Source of the DNA: Heterodontus francisci
Lineage: Eukaryota
Assembly: GCF_036365525.1 (NCBI RefSeq)
Contig: NC_090415.1
Span: 13,020,001 to 13,084,000 of the forward strand
Length of the DNA: 64,000 nucleotides
Reading direction: 5' to 3'
A model generated the notes under the pieces. The model saw nothing but the letters and a program-made list of their open reading frames with translations. It did not search any database and had not been told where the DNA came from. Below are positions 36,835 to 49,510 of this stretch, piece by piece. Position 1 is the stretch's first letter. Every line of letters starts with the position of its first letter. The position numbers and the translations under genes were made by a program.

Positions 36835-39800
36835 CATTCAGCCGCTCGAGCATTGTTCATGGCTGATCAATTTCTGAGTTGAATTCCACACTCCCATCTA
36901 TGCCTGATAATCTTAGATTCCCTTGCCTAACAAGAATCTATCTACCCCTGCCTTAAAAATATTCAATTACCCCACCTCCACCACCTTCTGAGGCAGAGAA
37001 TTCCAAAGTTGCACAACCCTCGGAGAGAAAGAAATCTCATCTCTGTCCTAAAATGGTGACCCCTGATTCGAAAACAGCACCCCTGAGTTCTGAACTCATC
37101 CACAAGAGGAAACATCCTTTCCCCATCCACTTGTTAAGACCATTCAGGATGTTATACACTTCAATCAAGTCTCCCCTCACTCTTCTAAACTCCAGTGAAG
37201 AAAAGCCCAGTCTGTCCAACCTTTCCTCATAAGACAACCCACTCATTCCAGGTATCAATCTAATAAACCTCCTGTGAAACGCCTCCAACACATTTACTTC
37301 CTTCCTTAAATATGGAGACTAAAACTGCACGCAGTATTCAAGATGTGGTCACACCAATGCCCTGTGAAACTGAAGCAGAACATTCTTACATTTATTTTCA
37401 ATTCCTCTCATGATAAAGGATAGCATTCCATTTTCCTTCTTGATGACTTGCTGTACCTGCATACTAACTTTTCATGACTCATGCACCAGAACACCTAGAT
37501 CCCTCTGCACCTCGGAATTATGCAGTTGTTCTCCATTTAAGTAATACTTTGTTTTTTAAATCTTCCAGACAAAGTGAACAACTTCACATTTTTTCACATT
37601 ATACTTCATCTGCCAGATTTCTGACCACTCACTCAACCATCTATCAAGGTCTGCAACCTCCTTCTGTCCTCTTCACAACACACTTTCCTACCGATCTGTG
37701 TGTCATCTGTAAATTTAACTGCCATGCCATTGCTCCCCTCATCTAGGTTATGGATATAAACTGTAAAAAGTTGTGGGCCCAGCACAGACCCCTGTGTTAC
37801 TCCACTTAACACATCCTCCCGATCAGAATGTTTTCTGTCAGCCAGCCAATCTTCTATCCATGCTAATTAAGTTACCCACTACACCATGAACTCCTGCTTT
37901 GCACAATAACCTTTCATGTGGCACCTTGACAAAGGCCTTCTTGAAAACCAAATACTATATGTCAATGGGCTCCCATTTATCCCCAGTGCATTTTCCTCCT
38001 TGAAAGAACTCTAATACTTTGGTTAACCATGATTTTCCTTTCACATAGCCATGCTGAACATTTCCAATGACCTTGTGTTTTTCTAAATGCCCAGCTATAG
38101 CCTCCTTAATGATCAATTCTAATGCCTACCCTGAATCAGGGGTCAAGCTAACTGGCCTATAGTTACCCAATTTCTGCCTCTCCACCTTCTTGAATAGAGG
38201 GGTTATATTTGCTACTTTCCAGTCTGATGGAACCTTTTTGGAATCTAGCGAATCTTGAAAAAATAACGAGTCAACTATTTCAGCAGCCATAACTTTAAGT
38301 ACCCGAGGATGAAGCCCATCAGGACCCAGAGACTTGTCAGCCAGCAGCTCCATCGGTTTACTCAGTACCACTTACCTGGTGATTGTAACTTCACCAAGTT
38401 CCTCTCTTCCTTCCACCTCCTGATTAACTGCTATTACTGAAATATTTTGTGTATCCTCTAGTGAAGACAGAAGCCAAATAATTGTTCATTTCAACCACCA
38501 TTTCCTTATTCGCTACTATTAACTCCCCATTCTCATTCTCTAGAGGACCAACACTCACTTTACTTACACTTTTCCTTTTTAAATACCTATAGAAACACTT
38601 GCTATCCGTTTTTACATTTCTGGCTAATTTTCTGTCATAATCTAATTTATTTTCTCCTGATTAACCTTTTAGACATTCTCTGCCTTTCATTATATTCTGA
38701 CCAATCATCTGACCTGCCACTCGTGTTTGCACTATTATATGCATTTTCTTTAAGGTTGAGGTTATCATTAACTTCTTTAGTTAACCATGGATGGTGGGTC
38801 CTCCCCTTGGAATTTTACTTTACTGTAGGAATATACTTTGAGTATTCAGAAATATCCCCTTAAATGTCTGCCACTGCTTCTCTATTAATTTATCTCCAAG
38901 CCTAGAAACCCCGTTCAATTCAGCTAGCTCAGCTTGCATGCCCACATTGTTGTCCTTATTTAAGTTTAAAATACTAGTCTTAGACCCAATCCTCTCAATT
39001 TCAAACTGGATGCAAAATTCAATCATATTGTGGTTGCTGCTACCTCGAGGTTCCTTTACTCTGAGGTCATTAATGAACCCTGTTAAATTACACAATACCA
39101 AATCTAATATAACCCTGGCTGGATGGTTCCAGAATGTACTGCTCTAAGAAACTATCTCAAAAAGCATTCTATGAACTCCTCGTCCAGGCTGCTATAACCA
39201 ATCTGAATTTTCCAGTTGAAATGTTGAACAAAATCCTCATTATTATTTCTATCCCTTTATCACAAGCACCCAAAATTCGTTCTTGTATACTTCACCCTAC
39301 ACTGTCATTATTGCTTGGGGGCCTGTACACAACTCCCACGAGTGACTTCTTTCTCCGACTATTCCTCATCATCACCCAAACCAATTCTACATCCTGATCT
39401 CCTGAAGCAAGGTCATCTCTAACTATTGCACCAATGCCATCCTTGATTAACATTGCAACCCCTCCACCTTTACCTAGCTTCCTATTCTTCTTGAATGCTG
39501 TATACCCCTCAATATTCAGGACCCAACCATTGTTGTCTTGTAGCCATGTCTCTGTAATGGCTATTATATCATATTGATTTACTTCAATGTGCACTATCTG
39601 TTCCTCTACCTTGTTATGAATGCTATGTGCATTCACATACAGAGCCTTATATTTTTATTATCTTTGTAACACCTCGTGTTGACTGTTGGTGTGTTCTTCG
39701 GTTTTTTTCTCTCTGTCCCTTCCGCCATTCACTGGTCTTCATTTCCCATATTACTATTCTGCTCTCATGCCTTGACTCTACCCCTTGATTTGTTACATCT

Positions 39801-39980
39801 ACCCAAGCTTGATCCCTCTGTTTAGTTCAAAGCCCTCTCTATTTCCCTAGTTATGCAGTTTGCCAGAACACTGGTTCAAGCCATTTCAGGTGCAGACCGT
39901 CAGAATGGTACAGCCCCCATTTTCTCCGGTAATGGTGCCAGTGCCCCATGAACTGAACCCCACTTCTCCCACACCAGTCT
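36835..39980 (-). mobile_element. Decayed CR1 LINE (ORF1 end, endonuclease, RT, tail)
   Basis: MNAHSI..AITETWL, KSLGPDGLHPRVLK, DWKVANITPLFKK..GNYRPVSLT, MSGLSYEERL; 5' part orthologous to 7750-8822. Confidence 0.92.
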
Positions 39981-40531
39981 TTTGGAGTGTAAGTGTCAAT
40001 GTATACCTCTCAATTCCCTAATCTACAATTTATCTCTGTCAGTTTCTGATTTTGAGTGTGTTTTTCTGTACCTGTTTCATGTGGGAATCATCTTATTCTG
40101 ACCCTTTCAAATTTTGATGTGTCTGTGTGTCTGGCTTGTACTTTATCCCCATCAGTTTAGGGTATGTGAGTGTGGATTTGACTGTTAATATTACATTCTT
40201 GGGAATATATATATAAAAAAAAAGATATGGGGGTTCACATTTCATCTTTGATTGTCTAGAAGGCCAATTTAAGGTTTTAACCTGTGCCCTTAAATTTCTA
40301 ACATGTAGCTGTGGTTTTTAACCTGTCACTGTCACTATCTGTTATAAGAGTAAGGATATCATTCTAGTTTTTAATTGTGGATTTTTCACCACATCTCTAC
40401 ATTGTCTCGGAAGTGAATGTGATCTTCAGTCTGTACATGCCTGTTTCTAACATATGGCTCTGAGGTTTAATTTGTACATGTCATTCCCTGGTATGTGATG
40501 GCCAATTCTATTCTGAACCTGTCAGTTTTTG

Positions 40532-40800
40532 TCTGTGCGGAGTTTGCAAGTTCTCCCTGTGACCGCATGGTTTTCCGCCAGGTGCTCTGGTTTCCTCCCA
40601 CAGCCAAAGACTTGCAGGTTGATAGGTGAATTGGCCATTGTAAATTCCCTCTAGTGTTGGTAGGAGAATGGTGGGGATGTGGTAGGGAATATGGGGTTAA
40701 TGTAGGATTGGTATAAATGGGTGGTTGTTGGTCGGCAGAGACTTGGTGGGCCGAAGGGCCTGTTTCAGTGCTGCATCTCTAAATAAATAAAATAAATAAA
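40532..40800 (+). mobile_element. V-SINE, 5' truncated
   Basis: V-domain and tail ending in (TAAA)n. Confidence 0.85.
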
Positions 40801-40944
40801 TATATGTAAGTTACTGATACTGTGTCTGTATATTTGATTCATTCCTGATCTGTGAGGCTCTGGCACCCTGGTTGAGTGTAGGATTCACTCTGCATCTATG
40901 TGTCTTTGTGCTGTATGTGAGTTGAGATCCTGCTGTATTCAGGA

Positions 40945-42030
40945 CTTAATATATATTTCAGGCATTGTGTTGTCATCGCTTTGTTTCACACGTTAATGTA
41001 TCAAAAAGTGTGTAATTTAAAATATGGATAAACAAAATTTGATTGCTGTAGGTTTTATGCAATTCTTGTTTGAGTTGCAGCTTGGTATCCAATTGTAGCT
41101 CTGCAAAAGCAATTATGAATGACGAGCTTTTAATTTTAGAGCATGACCTGATATGTAATGTCAAATTCCATCCGTTTGTAGAGAATGAATTAATCCTATG
41201 TGTTTTTGTCTGACCCTGAGTGACATGTTTGGACTGATGTGTAATTTGTAGCTCAGTTTATATTGTGGGGTACGTTATTGGGATTCATTCTGTAGTTTCA
41301 GTCAGGTACATTTTGTGTGTTCTACTTAAGATTTGGTAATTGATTTGTAGTCAAGGCAACACAATGTATTTAAATCTGATAATGTGTGTGTTTTTGGACT
41401 GTGATTGATGTATCTACCAGTCAGTTGGAGTGAAATAGCAATGACGACTATCTCTACTGCTCTGTTTGACTATTGAATTGTTAATGCATCTCTTGGAATC
41501 AGTGTTGGTCTACTTCTTTTGTTTGTTACACTGAAAATGATAATCTGACCGTGTCACTGTGCTTTGTGAGTTACACTGTACCTACTGTGTATTGGAACGA
41601 GCTGGATGCACATTTCCTTCTGTCGAGGAGTCATGCCTTTCCATCTGGTTCCTTCAACTGTTTGCCTGCAGAAAAAGAAAGTTAACTTTTATACTTGAAT
41701 AACAGCTGAGTGAGAAGACAGAAAAGTGATCAATGTAATCTTTACAATAATAAACATTCTGAACAATCACAAAAGGAAAGTCAACAACACAAGTAGTGTC
41801 AGTGTCTGAGTCCACTGCAGTACTGCAGAACTCTGCTTCTACTTGCCAGATATTTGGAACGGTTTTATAACAATTTTGTGACATTCAAAAACAACCCAAG
41901 CCCCGCACTGCTCCATGAATTGGAATACCCGATCGAGTAGTGACATTTGTGTAAGCCAGATTTCTATTTCCATGTTCCATTGTTCAACGGACAACAAGTA
42001 AGCACTGTTTAAAAAAGTGTCTTTAATCTT
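40945..42030. repeat. Internal duplication in unit 2, copy 2
   Basis: Colinear with 35280-36400. Confidence 0.85.
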
Positions 42031-42148
42031 CTCACCTGGTCCCTTCAAATCTGCCGCATCTTTATTGTTCAGACTTTTTTTTTCTGCTGTTCACTATCCA
42101 ATAACAATAAATAGTGAGATACTGGATCTGAACCAGGAACATTTATTA

Positions 42149-42284
42149 CTGAAGAAGGGTCACTGACCTGAAACGTTAACTCTGCTTCTCTCTCCACAGA
42201 TACAGCCAGACCTGCTGAGTATTTACAACATTTCTTGTTTTTATTACAGATTTCCAGCATCCGCAGTATTTTGCTTTTAATTAT
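42149..42284 (+). mobile_element. Short Penelope-terminus insertion with hammerhead core and 13-bp target-site duplication
   Basis: CTGAAGA-A-GGGTCACTGACCT-GAAACGTT; flanks AACATTTATTACT / AACATTCATTACT; empty site at ~16950. Confidence 0.8.
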
Positions 42285-42559
42285 AACATTCATTACTGTT
42301 TGGAGAGAGAAATCAGCAATGATTTTCAATAGTGAGTTCATCATATTCTGTCTCTCTCTCCCTGTCCAGACACTGCCTGAGAAAGACCTCTCCCTTCCCC
42401 CCCAGCTCACTCCATGTTCCAGGACCAGTTCCTGCTCCACAATACACATTACAAACTGTCCCCCACTCCCGCTGAATGGACCCGGTAATCAATGCTAATC
42501 TATGAGCACATCGGCAGACACGGGCCCAAATCTGTTGTACTGCTGTGAGCAGATACTGT

Positions 42560-42715
42560 TTGTTCACTTACCCCAGGCTTGTAATGTCTCCATTTGCAGC
42601 TGATTTAAACAATCACAGTGAATGGCGCTCAGAGGCAGAGCTGGGGGATGGGGTGCGCATGCGCTCTTCTCCGCGTTATGACGTCATATTCGACTGGCCT
42701 TTCTCGCGCGTGAGC
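42560..42715 (-). promoter_or_regulatory. CpG-rich promoter-like region with candidate first exon (unit 2 orthologue of 17225-17400)
   Basis: TGCGCATGCGC at 42654, TGACGTCA at 42679, minus-strand ATG at 42593 with GTAAGT donor at 42571. Confidence 0.55.
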
Positions 42716-43139
42716 AGATCTCTGCAATAATTCAGCAAATAAACATCAATGAGAACATCTCCCAATGTCCACATTGAAAAGTCAAACATGGGGTTAGGGT
42801 GGAGGGAGGGAGGGGAAGTGTGGGGGAACATGCAACATATAAAACTGGCAGCTGGTCCCATTTAGATGCTCAAATTGCGGACTCTGTCTGCAGGGTGTTT
42901 GTTACTATTGAGCCCCTCTTCTCAAAGCGACAGAAACATGGGAAGAATGAGGGAGCCGGTGTGTTTGCTGGGACTTTGCAGAGTTAATATCAGCCAGCAA
43001 CATTTTATTTTACCCGAGTGAAAACCCAGGTCAATGAGAGTAATACCGGACGGTAATCTTCATCGTTTTATTTTAAACAAGAGACATGTGGAAGTACCGC
43101 GATTACACCGGACACACAAGCACAGTGAGAATAGAGCTG

Positions 43140-44995
43140 AAATAAAAGCAAAATACTGCGGATGCTGGAAATCTGAAACAAAAACAAGAAATGCTGGATT
43201 CACTCAGCAGGTCTGGCAGCATCTGTGGAAAGAGAAGCAGAGTTAACGTTTCGGGTCAGTGACCCTTCTTTGGAACTGACAAATATTAGAAAAGTCACAG
43301 ATTATAAACAAGTGAGGTGGGGGTTGGGCAAGAGATAACAAAGGAGAAGGTGCAGATTGGACCAGGCCACATAGCTGACCAAAAGGTCACGGAGCAAAGG
43401 CAAACAATGTGTTAATGGTGTGTTGAAAGACAAAGCATTAGTACAGATTAGGTGTAAATATACTGAATATAGAACATCAGCAAGTGCAAACCTGAAGAAA
43501 AACAACCTGAAAAAAACAGTGGGTAAGCAAACTGAACAAACTAAGATGAAATGAAATAAATGCAAAAAATGTAAAAAGGAATGCAAAAAAAAAGGAAGAA
43601 AAATAACTAAAAATGACTAAAAATGAAAGTAAAGTGGGGGGCTGTCATGCTCTGAAATTATTGAACTCAATGTTCAGTCCGGCAGGCTGTAGTGTGCCTA
43701 ATCGGTAGATGAGATGCTGTTCCTCGAGCTTGCATTGATGTTCACTGGAACACTGCAGCAATCCCAGGACAGAGATGTGAGCATGAGAGCAGGGGGGAGT
43801 GTTGAAATGGCAAGCAACCAGAAGCTCAGGGTCCTGCTTGCGGACTGAGTGGAGATGTTCCGCAAAGCGGTCACCCAGTCTGCGCTTGGTCTCCCCAATG
43901 TAGAGGAGACCACACTGTGAGCAGCGAATACAGTATACTACATTGAAAGAAGTACAAGTAAATCGCTGCTTCACCTGAAAGGAGTGTTTGGGGCCTGGGA
44001 TAGTGAGGAGAGAGGAGGTAAATGGGCAGGTATTACACCTCCTGCGATTGCAAGGGAAGGTGCCCTGGGACGGGGACGAGGTGGTGGGGGTAATGGAGGA
44101 GTGGACCAGGGTGTCGCGGAGGGAACGATCCCTTCGGAATGCTGACAGGGGAAGGGAGGGGAAGATGCGACTGGTAGTGGCATCACGCTGGAGGTGGCGA
44201 AAATGGCAGAGGATGATCCTTTGGATATGGAGGCTGGTGGGATGAAAAGTGAGGACAAGGGGAACCCTGTCACGGTTCTGGGAGGGAGGGGAAGGCGTGA
44301 GGGTAGAGGTGCGGGGAATGGGTCGGACACGGTTGAGGGCCCTGTCAACCACAGTGGGGGGAAATCCTCGGTTGAGGAAAAAGGAGGTCATATCCGAAGC
44401 ACCGTCATGGAAGGTAGCATCATCAGAGCAGATGCGTCGGAGACGGAGAAACTGGGAGAATGGAATGGAATCCTTACAGGAGGTAGGGTGTGAAGAAGTG
44501 TAGTCGAGGTAGCTGTGGGAGTCAGTGGGCTTATAATGGATATTGGTAGACAACCTATCCCCAGAGATGGAGACAGAGAAGTCGAGGAAGGGGAGGGAAG
44601 TGTCAGAGATGGACCATGTAAAGGTGAGAGAAGGGTGGAAATTGGAAGCAAAGTTGATAAAGTTTTCTAGTTCGGGGCGGGAGCAGGAAACGGCACCGAT
44701 ACAGTCATCAATGTACCGGAAAAAGAGTTGGGGGAGGGGGCCTGAGTAGGACTGGAACAAAGAATGCTCGACATATCCCACAAAAAGACAGGTATAACTA
44801 GGACCCATGCAGGTACCCATAGCGACACCTTTTACTTGAAGGAAGTGCGTGGAGTTGAAGGAGAAGTTGTTCAATGTGAGAACAAGTTCAGCCAGGCGGA
44901 GGAGGGTGGTGGTGGATGGGGACTGGTTGGGCCTCTGTTCCAGGAAGAAGCGGAGAGCCCTCAAACCATCCTGGTGGGGGATGGAGGTGTAGAGC
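43140..44995 (-). mobile_element. Penelope-like retroelement, 5' truncated (RT + GIY-YIG endonuclease, ORF end 43645)
   Basis: ~450 uninterrupted codons: SLYTSIPH, QVKGVAMG, FFRYIDD, LPFLD, VYCIRCSQCGLLYIGET..RFAEH. Confidence 0.95.
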
Positions 44996-44996
44996 G

Positions 44997-47155
44997 AAGA
45001 GCCCATGGGATCCAGGGCAATTTGGCAAATTGGATCCAAAATTGTCTTAGTGGCAAGATGGTCGAGGGTTGTTTTTGCAGTTGGAAGCCTGTGACCAGTG
45101 GTGTACTGCAGGGATTGATGCTGGGACCCTTGCTGTTTGTAGTGTCTTACTCTTCTCTCTACTCTTTGGCCTCCTTGTTTCGAGAGACAATGGGTATGCG
45201 CCTGGAGGTGGTCAGTGAATTGTGAAGCAGTGCCTGGAGTGGCTATAAAGGCTAATTCTAGAGTGACAGACTCTTCCACAGGCACTGCAGATAAAATTGG
45301 TTGTCAGGGCTGTTACACAGTTGGCTCTCTCCTTGCACTTCTGTCATTTTTCCTGCCAACAGCTAAGTCTCTTCAACTCGCCACTCTTTAGTCCCACCTT
45401 TATGGCTGTCCACCAGCTCTAGCGATCACTGGCAACTGACTCCCATGACTTGTGATCAATGTCACAGGACTTCATGACACGTTTGCAGAAGTCTTTAAAG
45501 CTGAGACATGGACGGCCAGTGGGTCTGATACCAGTGACTAGCTCGCTGTACAATGTGTCCTTGGGGATCCTGCCATCTTCCATGCGGCTCACATGGCCAA
45601 GCCAACTCAAGCGCTGCTGGCTCAGTAGGATGTACATGCTGGGGATGTTGGCCGCCGCCTTCTGTGTTGGAGATACGGTCCTGCCCCTGATGCCAAGGAT
45701 TCTCCGGAGGCAGCGAAGATGGAATGAATTGAGACGTCGCTCTTGGCTGACATACGTTGTCCAGGCCTCGTTGCCGTAGAGCAAGGTACTGAGGACACAG
45801 GCTTGATACACTCGGACTTTTGTGTTCCGTGTCAGTGCGCCATTTTCCCACACCCTCTTGGCCAGTCTGGACATAGCAGTGGAAGCCTTTCCCATGTGCT
45901 TGTTGATTTCTGCATCTAGAGACAGGTTACTGGTGATAGCTGAGCCTAGGTAGGTGAACTCTTCAACCACTTCCATATTGCCGATATTGATGGATGGAGC
46001 ATTTCTGACGTCCTGTCCCATGATGTTAATTTTCTTGAGGCTGATGGTTAGGCCAAATTCATTGCAGGCAGCCGCATTCCTGTCCATGAGTCTCTGCAGA
46101 CACTCTTCTGTGTGGGAGTTAATGCAGCATCGTCAGCAAAGAGGAGTTCCCTGATGAGGACCTTCCGTACTTTGGTCTTCAGTCTTAGATGGGCAAGGTT
46201 GAACAACCTGCCATCTGCATTAATGAATTAGACGTGAATATAGGAGGTATGATCAGTAAGTTCGCAGATGACACGAAAATTGGTGGTGTCGTAAATAGCG
46301 AGGAGGAAAGCCTTAGATTACAGGACGATATAGATGGACTGGTAAGGTGGGCAGAGCAGTGGCAAATGGAATTTAATCTTGAGAAGTGTGAGGTGACGCA
46401 TTTTGGGAGGTCTAACAAGGCAAGGGAATATACAATGGGTGGTAGGACTCTAGCAAGTACAGAGGGTCAGAGGGACCTTGGTGTACTTGTCCATAGATCA
46501 CTGAAAGCAGCAGCACAGGTAGATAAGATGGTTAGGAAGGCATATGGGATACTTGCCTTTATTAGCCGAGGCACAGAATATAAGAGCAGGGAGGTTATGA
46601 TGGAGCTGTATAAGACGCTAGTTAGGCCACAGCTAGAGTACTGTGTACAGTTCTGGACGCCACACTGTAGGAAGGATGTGATTACACTGGAGAGGATGCA
46701 GAGGAGATTCACCAGGATGTTGCCTGGGCTGGAGCTTTTCAGCTATGAAGAGACGGGATAGGCTGGTGTTGTTTTCCTTTAGAGCAGAGAAGGCTGAGGG
46801 GGGACCTGATTGAGGTATTCAAAATTATGAGGGGCATAGATAGGGTTGATAGGAAGAAACTTTTTCCATTAGCGGAGGTTTCAATAACCAGGGGTATAGC
46901 TTTAAGGTAAGGGGCAGGAGAGAGGATTTGAGGGAAAAAAAATTTCACCCAGTGGGTGGTCGGGATCTCAAACACATTGCCTGAAGGGGTGTAGAGGCAG
47001 GAACCCTCACAACATTTAAGAAGTATTTAGATGAGCACTTGAAACGCCGCAACATACAAGGCTATGGGCCAAGTGCTGGGAAGTAGGATTACAATGATGG
47101 CTGGTATGGACATGATGGGCTGAAGGGCCTGTTTCTGTTCTGTATAACTCTATGA
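44997..47155 (+). mobile_element. CR1 LINE 3' portion split by the RTE insertion at 45147-46217
   Basis: RAHGIQGNLANWIQN..LGPLLFVV resumes as INELDVNIGGMISKFADDTKIG at 46218. Confidence 0.88.
45147..46217 (-). mobile_element. RTE-clade LINE, 5' truncated
   Basis: FGLTISLKK, EFTYLGS, TKVRVYQACVLSTLLYG.EAWT, WLGHVSRMEDGRIPK. Confidence 0.92.
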
Positions 47156-47159
47156 AACT

Positions 47160-49050
47160 TCTAGAAGCAATAATTTGGGACCAAATTAATAGTCACATGG
47201 ACAAATGTGGGTTAATTAAAGAAAACCAGGACTGATTTGTTGAGGAAAAGTCATGTTTATTAATTTGCTGGAGTTTTTTGAAGAGGTAACAGAGAGGGTT
47301 GATGAGGGCAATGCTGTTGATGTGGTGTACATGGACTTCCAAAAGGCATTTGATACAGTGTCACACAACAGACTTGTGAGCAAAATTATAGCTCATAGAA
47401 TAAAAGGGACAATAGCAACATTGATACGAAATTGGCTGAGTGAAAGGAAACAGAAGTAGTGGTTAATGGATGTTCTTCGGGCTGGAGGAAGGTTTGAAGT
47501 GGAGTTCCTCGGGTCAGTATTGGGACCCTTGCTCTTCGTGATGTATATTAATGGCCTAGACCTTGGTGTATAAGGCACAATTTCAAAATTTGCAGATGAT
47601 ACGAATCTTGGAACAATTATGAACTGTGAGGAGGATAGTGTAGCACTTCAAAAGGACATAGACAAGTTGGGGGAATGGGCAGACAAGTGGCAGATGAAGT
47701 TCAATGCGGAGAAATGTGACGTGATTCAGAAAGAACATGGAGAGTCAATGTAATATAAAGGGTACATCTCTAAAGGGGTTGCAAGAGCAGAGAGACTTGG
47801 GGAGATATGTGCATAAGTCATTGAAGATAAATAAAAAGTTGAGAGAGCGGTTAACAAAGCATGCAGTATCCTGGGCTTTATTAATAGGGCATAGAGTACA
47901 AGAGCAAGGAAGTTATGTTGAACTTGTATATGATGCTGCTTCGGCCTCAGCTGGAGTATTCGGTCCAGTTCTGGACGCTGCACTTTAGGAAAAATGTGAA
48001 GGCATTGGAGAGAGTACAGAGAAGGTTCACGAGAATGGTTCCAGGGATGAGGAACTTCAGTTATGGAGGTAGATTGGAGGAGTTGGGACAGTTTTCCTTG
48101 AAGGGAAGGCAGAGAGGAGATTTGATAGAGGTATTCAAAATCATGAAGGGTCTGGACAGAGTAGATAGAGAGAAACTGTTCCCACTTGTGAAAGGATCGA
48201 GAACGAGAGAGCACAGATTTAAAATGATTGGCAAAAGAAGCAAAAGTAACCTGAGGAAAAACAACTTCACGCAGCGAGAGGTTAGAATCTGGAATGCACT
48301 GCCTGAGAGTGTGGTGGAGGCAGGTTCAATCGAGGCATTCAAAAGGGAATTGGACTGTTATCTGAAAAGGACGAATGTACAAGGTTATGGGGAGAGGGCA
48401 GGGGGGACTGGCATTAGGTGAATTGCTCATTCAGAGAGCTGGTGCAGATATGATGGGCTGAATGCCCTCCTTCTGTGCTGTAACAATTCTGTGATTCTGT
48501 AAACAGTGGTTCGGCCTCATCTGGAATATTGTGTCCAGTTCTGGGCACTGCACCTTAGGAAAGATGTGAAGGCTTTTGAGAGGGTGCAGACAAGATTTAT
48601 GAGAATGGCTCCAGCTCCATATATGAGGGACTTCAGTTATGTGGATAGATTGGAGAATCTGGGGCTGTTCTGCTTAGAGAAGAGAAGGTTGGAAGACATT
48701 TGATAGAATCATGAAGGGTCTGGACAAAGTAGACAGAGAGAAACTGTTCCCATTGACGGAAGGGTCGAGAACTAGAGGACACTGACTGCAGGTGAATGGC
48801 AAAAGAGGGAAATGATATGAGGGAAAAACTTTCTTTATGCAGTGAGTGGTTAGTATCTGGAATGCACTGCCTGAAAGGGTGGGGGAGGCAGATTCAATCA
48901 TGGCTTTCAAAAGGGAATTAGATAAGCACCTGAATAGAAAAAAATTGCGGGACTACAAGGAAAGGGTGGCTGAGTTGCTGTGCAGAGAGCCGGTACAGAG
49001 ATGATGGGCCAAATGGCTTCCTCCTGTGCTGTAACCATTCTATGATTCTT
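47160..49050 (+). mobile_element. Two tandem CR1 fragments (47160-48500 and 48505-49050)
   Basis: NLLEFFEEVT..VDVVYMDFQKAFD, RPQLEYSVQFW, RPHLEYCVQFW, each with a tail. Confidence 0.88.
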
Positions 49051-49116
49051 TCCAATAGCTTGTACATGTGTGGTGTCTTGCTGCCATTGCTGTAGATTCC
49101 TCTTGCCGCATAACTG

Positions 49117-49510
49117 GCGGTAGCGTAGTGGTAATGTCACTAAACTAGTAATCCAGAGGTCCACATTACTGTCCTGGGGACACGGGTTCAAATCCCACCA
49201 CAGCAGTTGGTGGAATTTAAATTCAATTACTTAATAAATTCAATTTATTAAAAAAACCTGAAATTGAAAGCTAGTCTCAGTAATGGTGCCATGAAGCTAT
49301 CGATTGTAGTAAAAACCCATCTGGTTCACTAATGTCCTTTAGGGAAGGAAATCTGCTGTTCTTCCCATGTCTGGCCTACATGTGACTCCAGACCCACAAC
49401 CATTAAGTGCCCTCTGAAATGGCCTAGCAAGCCACTCACTTGCCAAAAGCAATTGGGAATAGGCAACAAATGCTGGCCTTGCCAGTGACGCCCACATCCT
49501 ATGAAAGAAT
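49117..49510 (+). mobile_element. tRNA-headed SINE sharing its 3' tail with the second LINE family
   Basis: A box GTAGTGG, B box GGTTCAAATCC; tail AAATGCTGGCCTTGCCAGTGACGCCCACATCC matches 20605-20645; second copy at 55126-55487. Confidence 0.8.

Noticed and set aside
43645-45285. 546-aa ORF as a chimeric or domesticated gene
   Set aside because: The first ~95 codons are chance read-through across an RTE 3' end and an antisense CR1 fragment; only 43645-44995 is Penelope.
49117-49200. Functional tRNA genes at SINE heads (also 28842, 55126)
   Set aside because: A and B boxes continue into SINE bodies; no closed cloverleaf.
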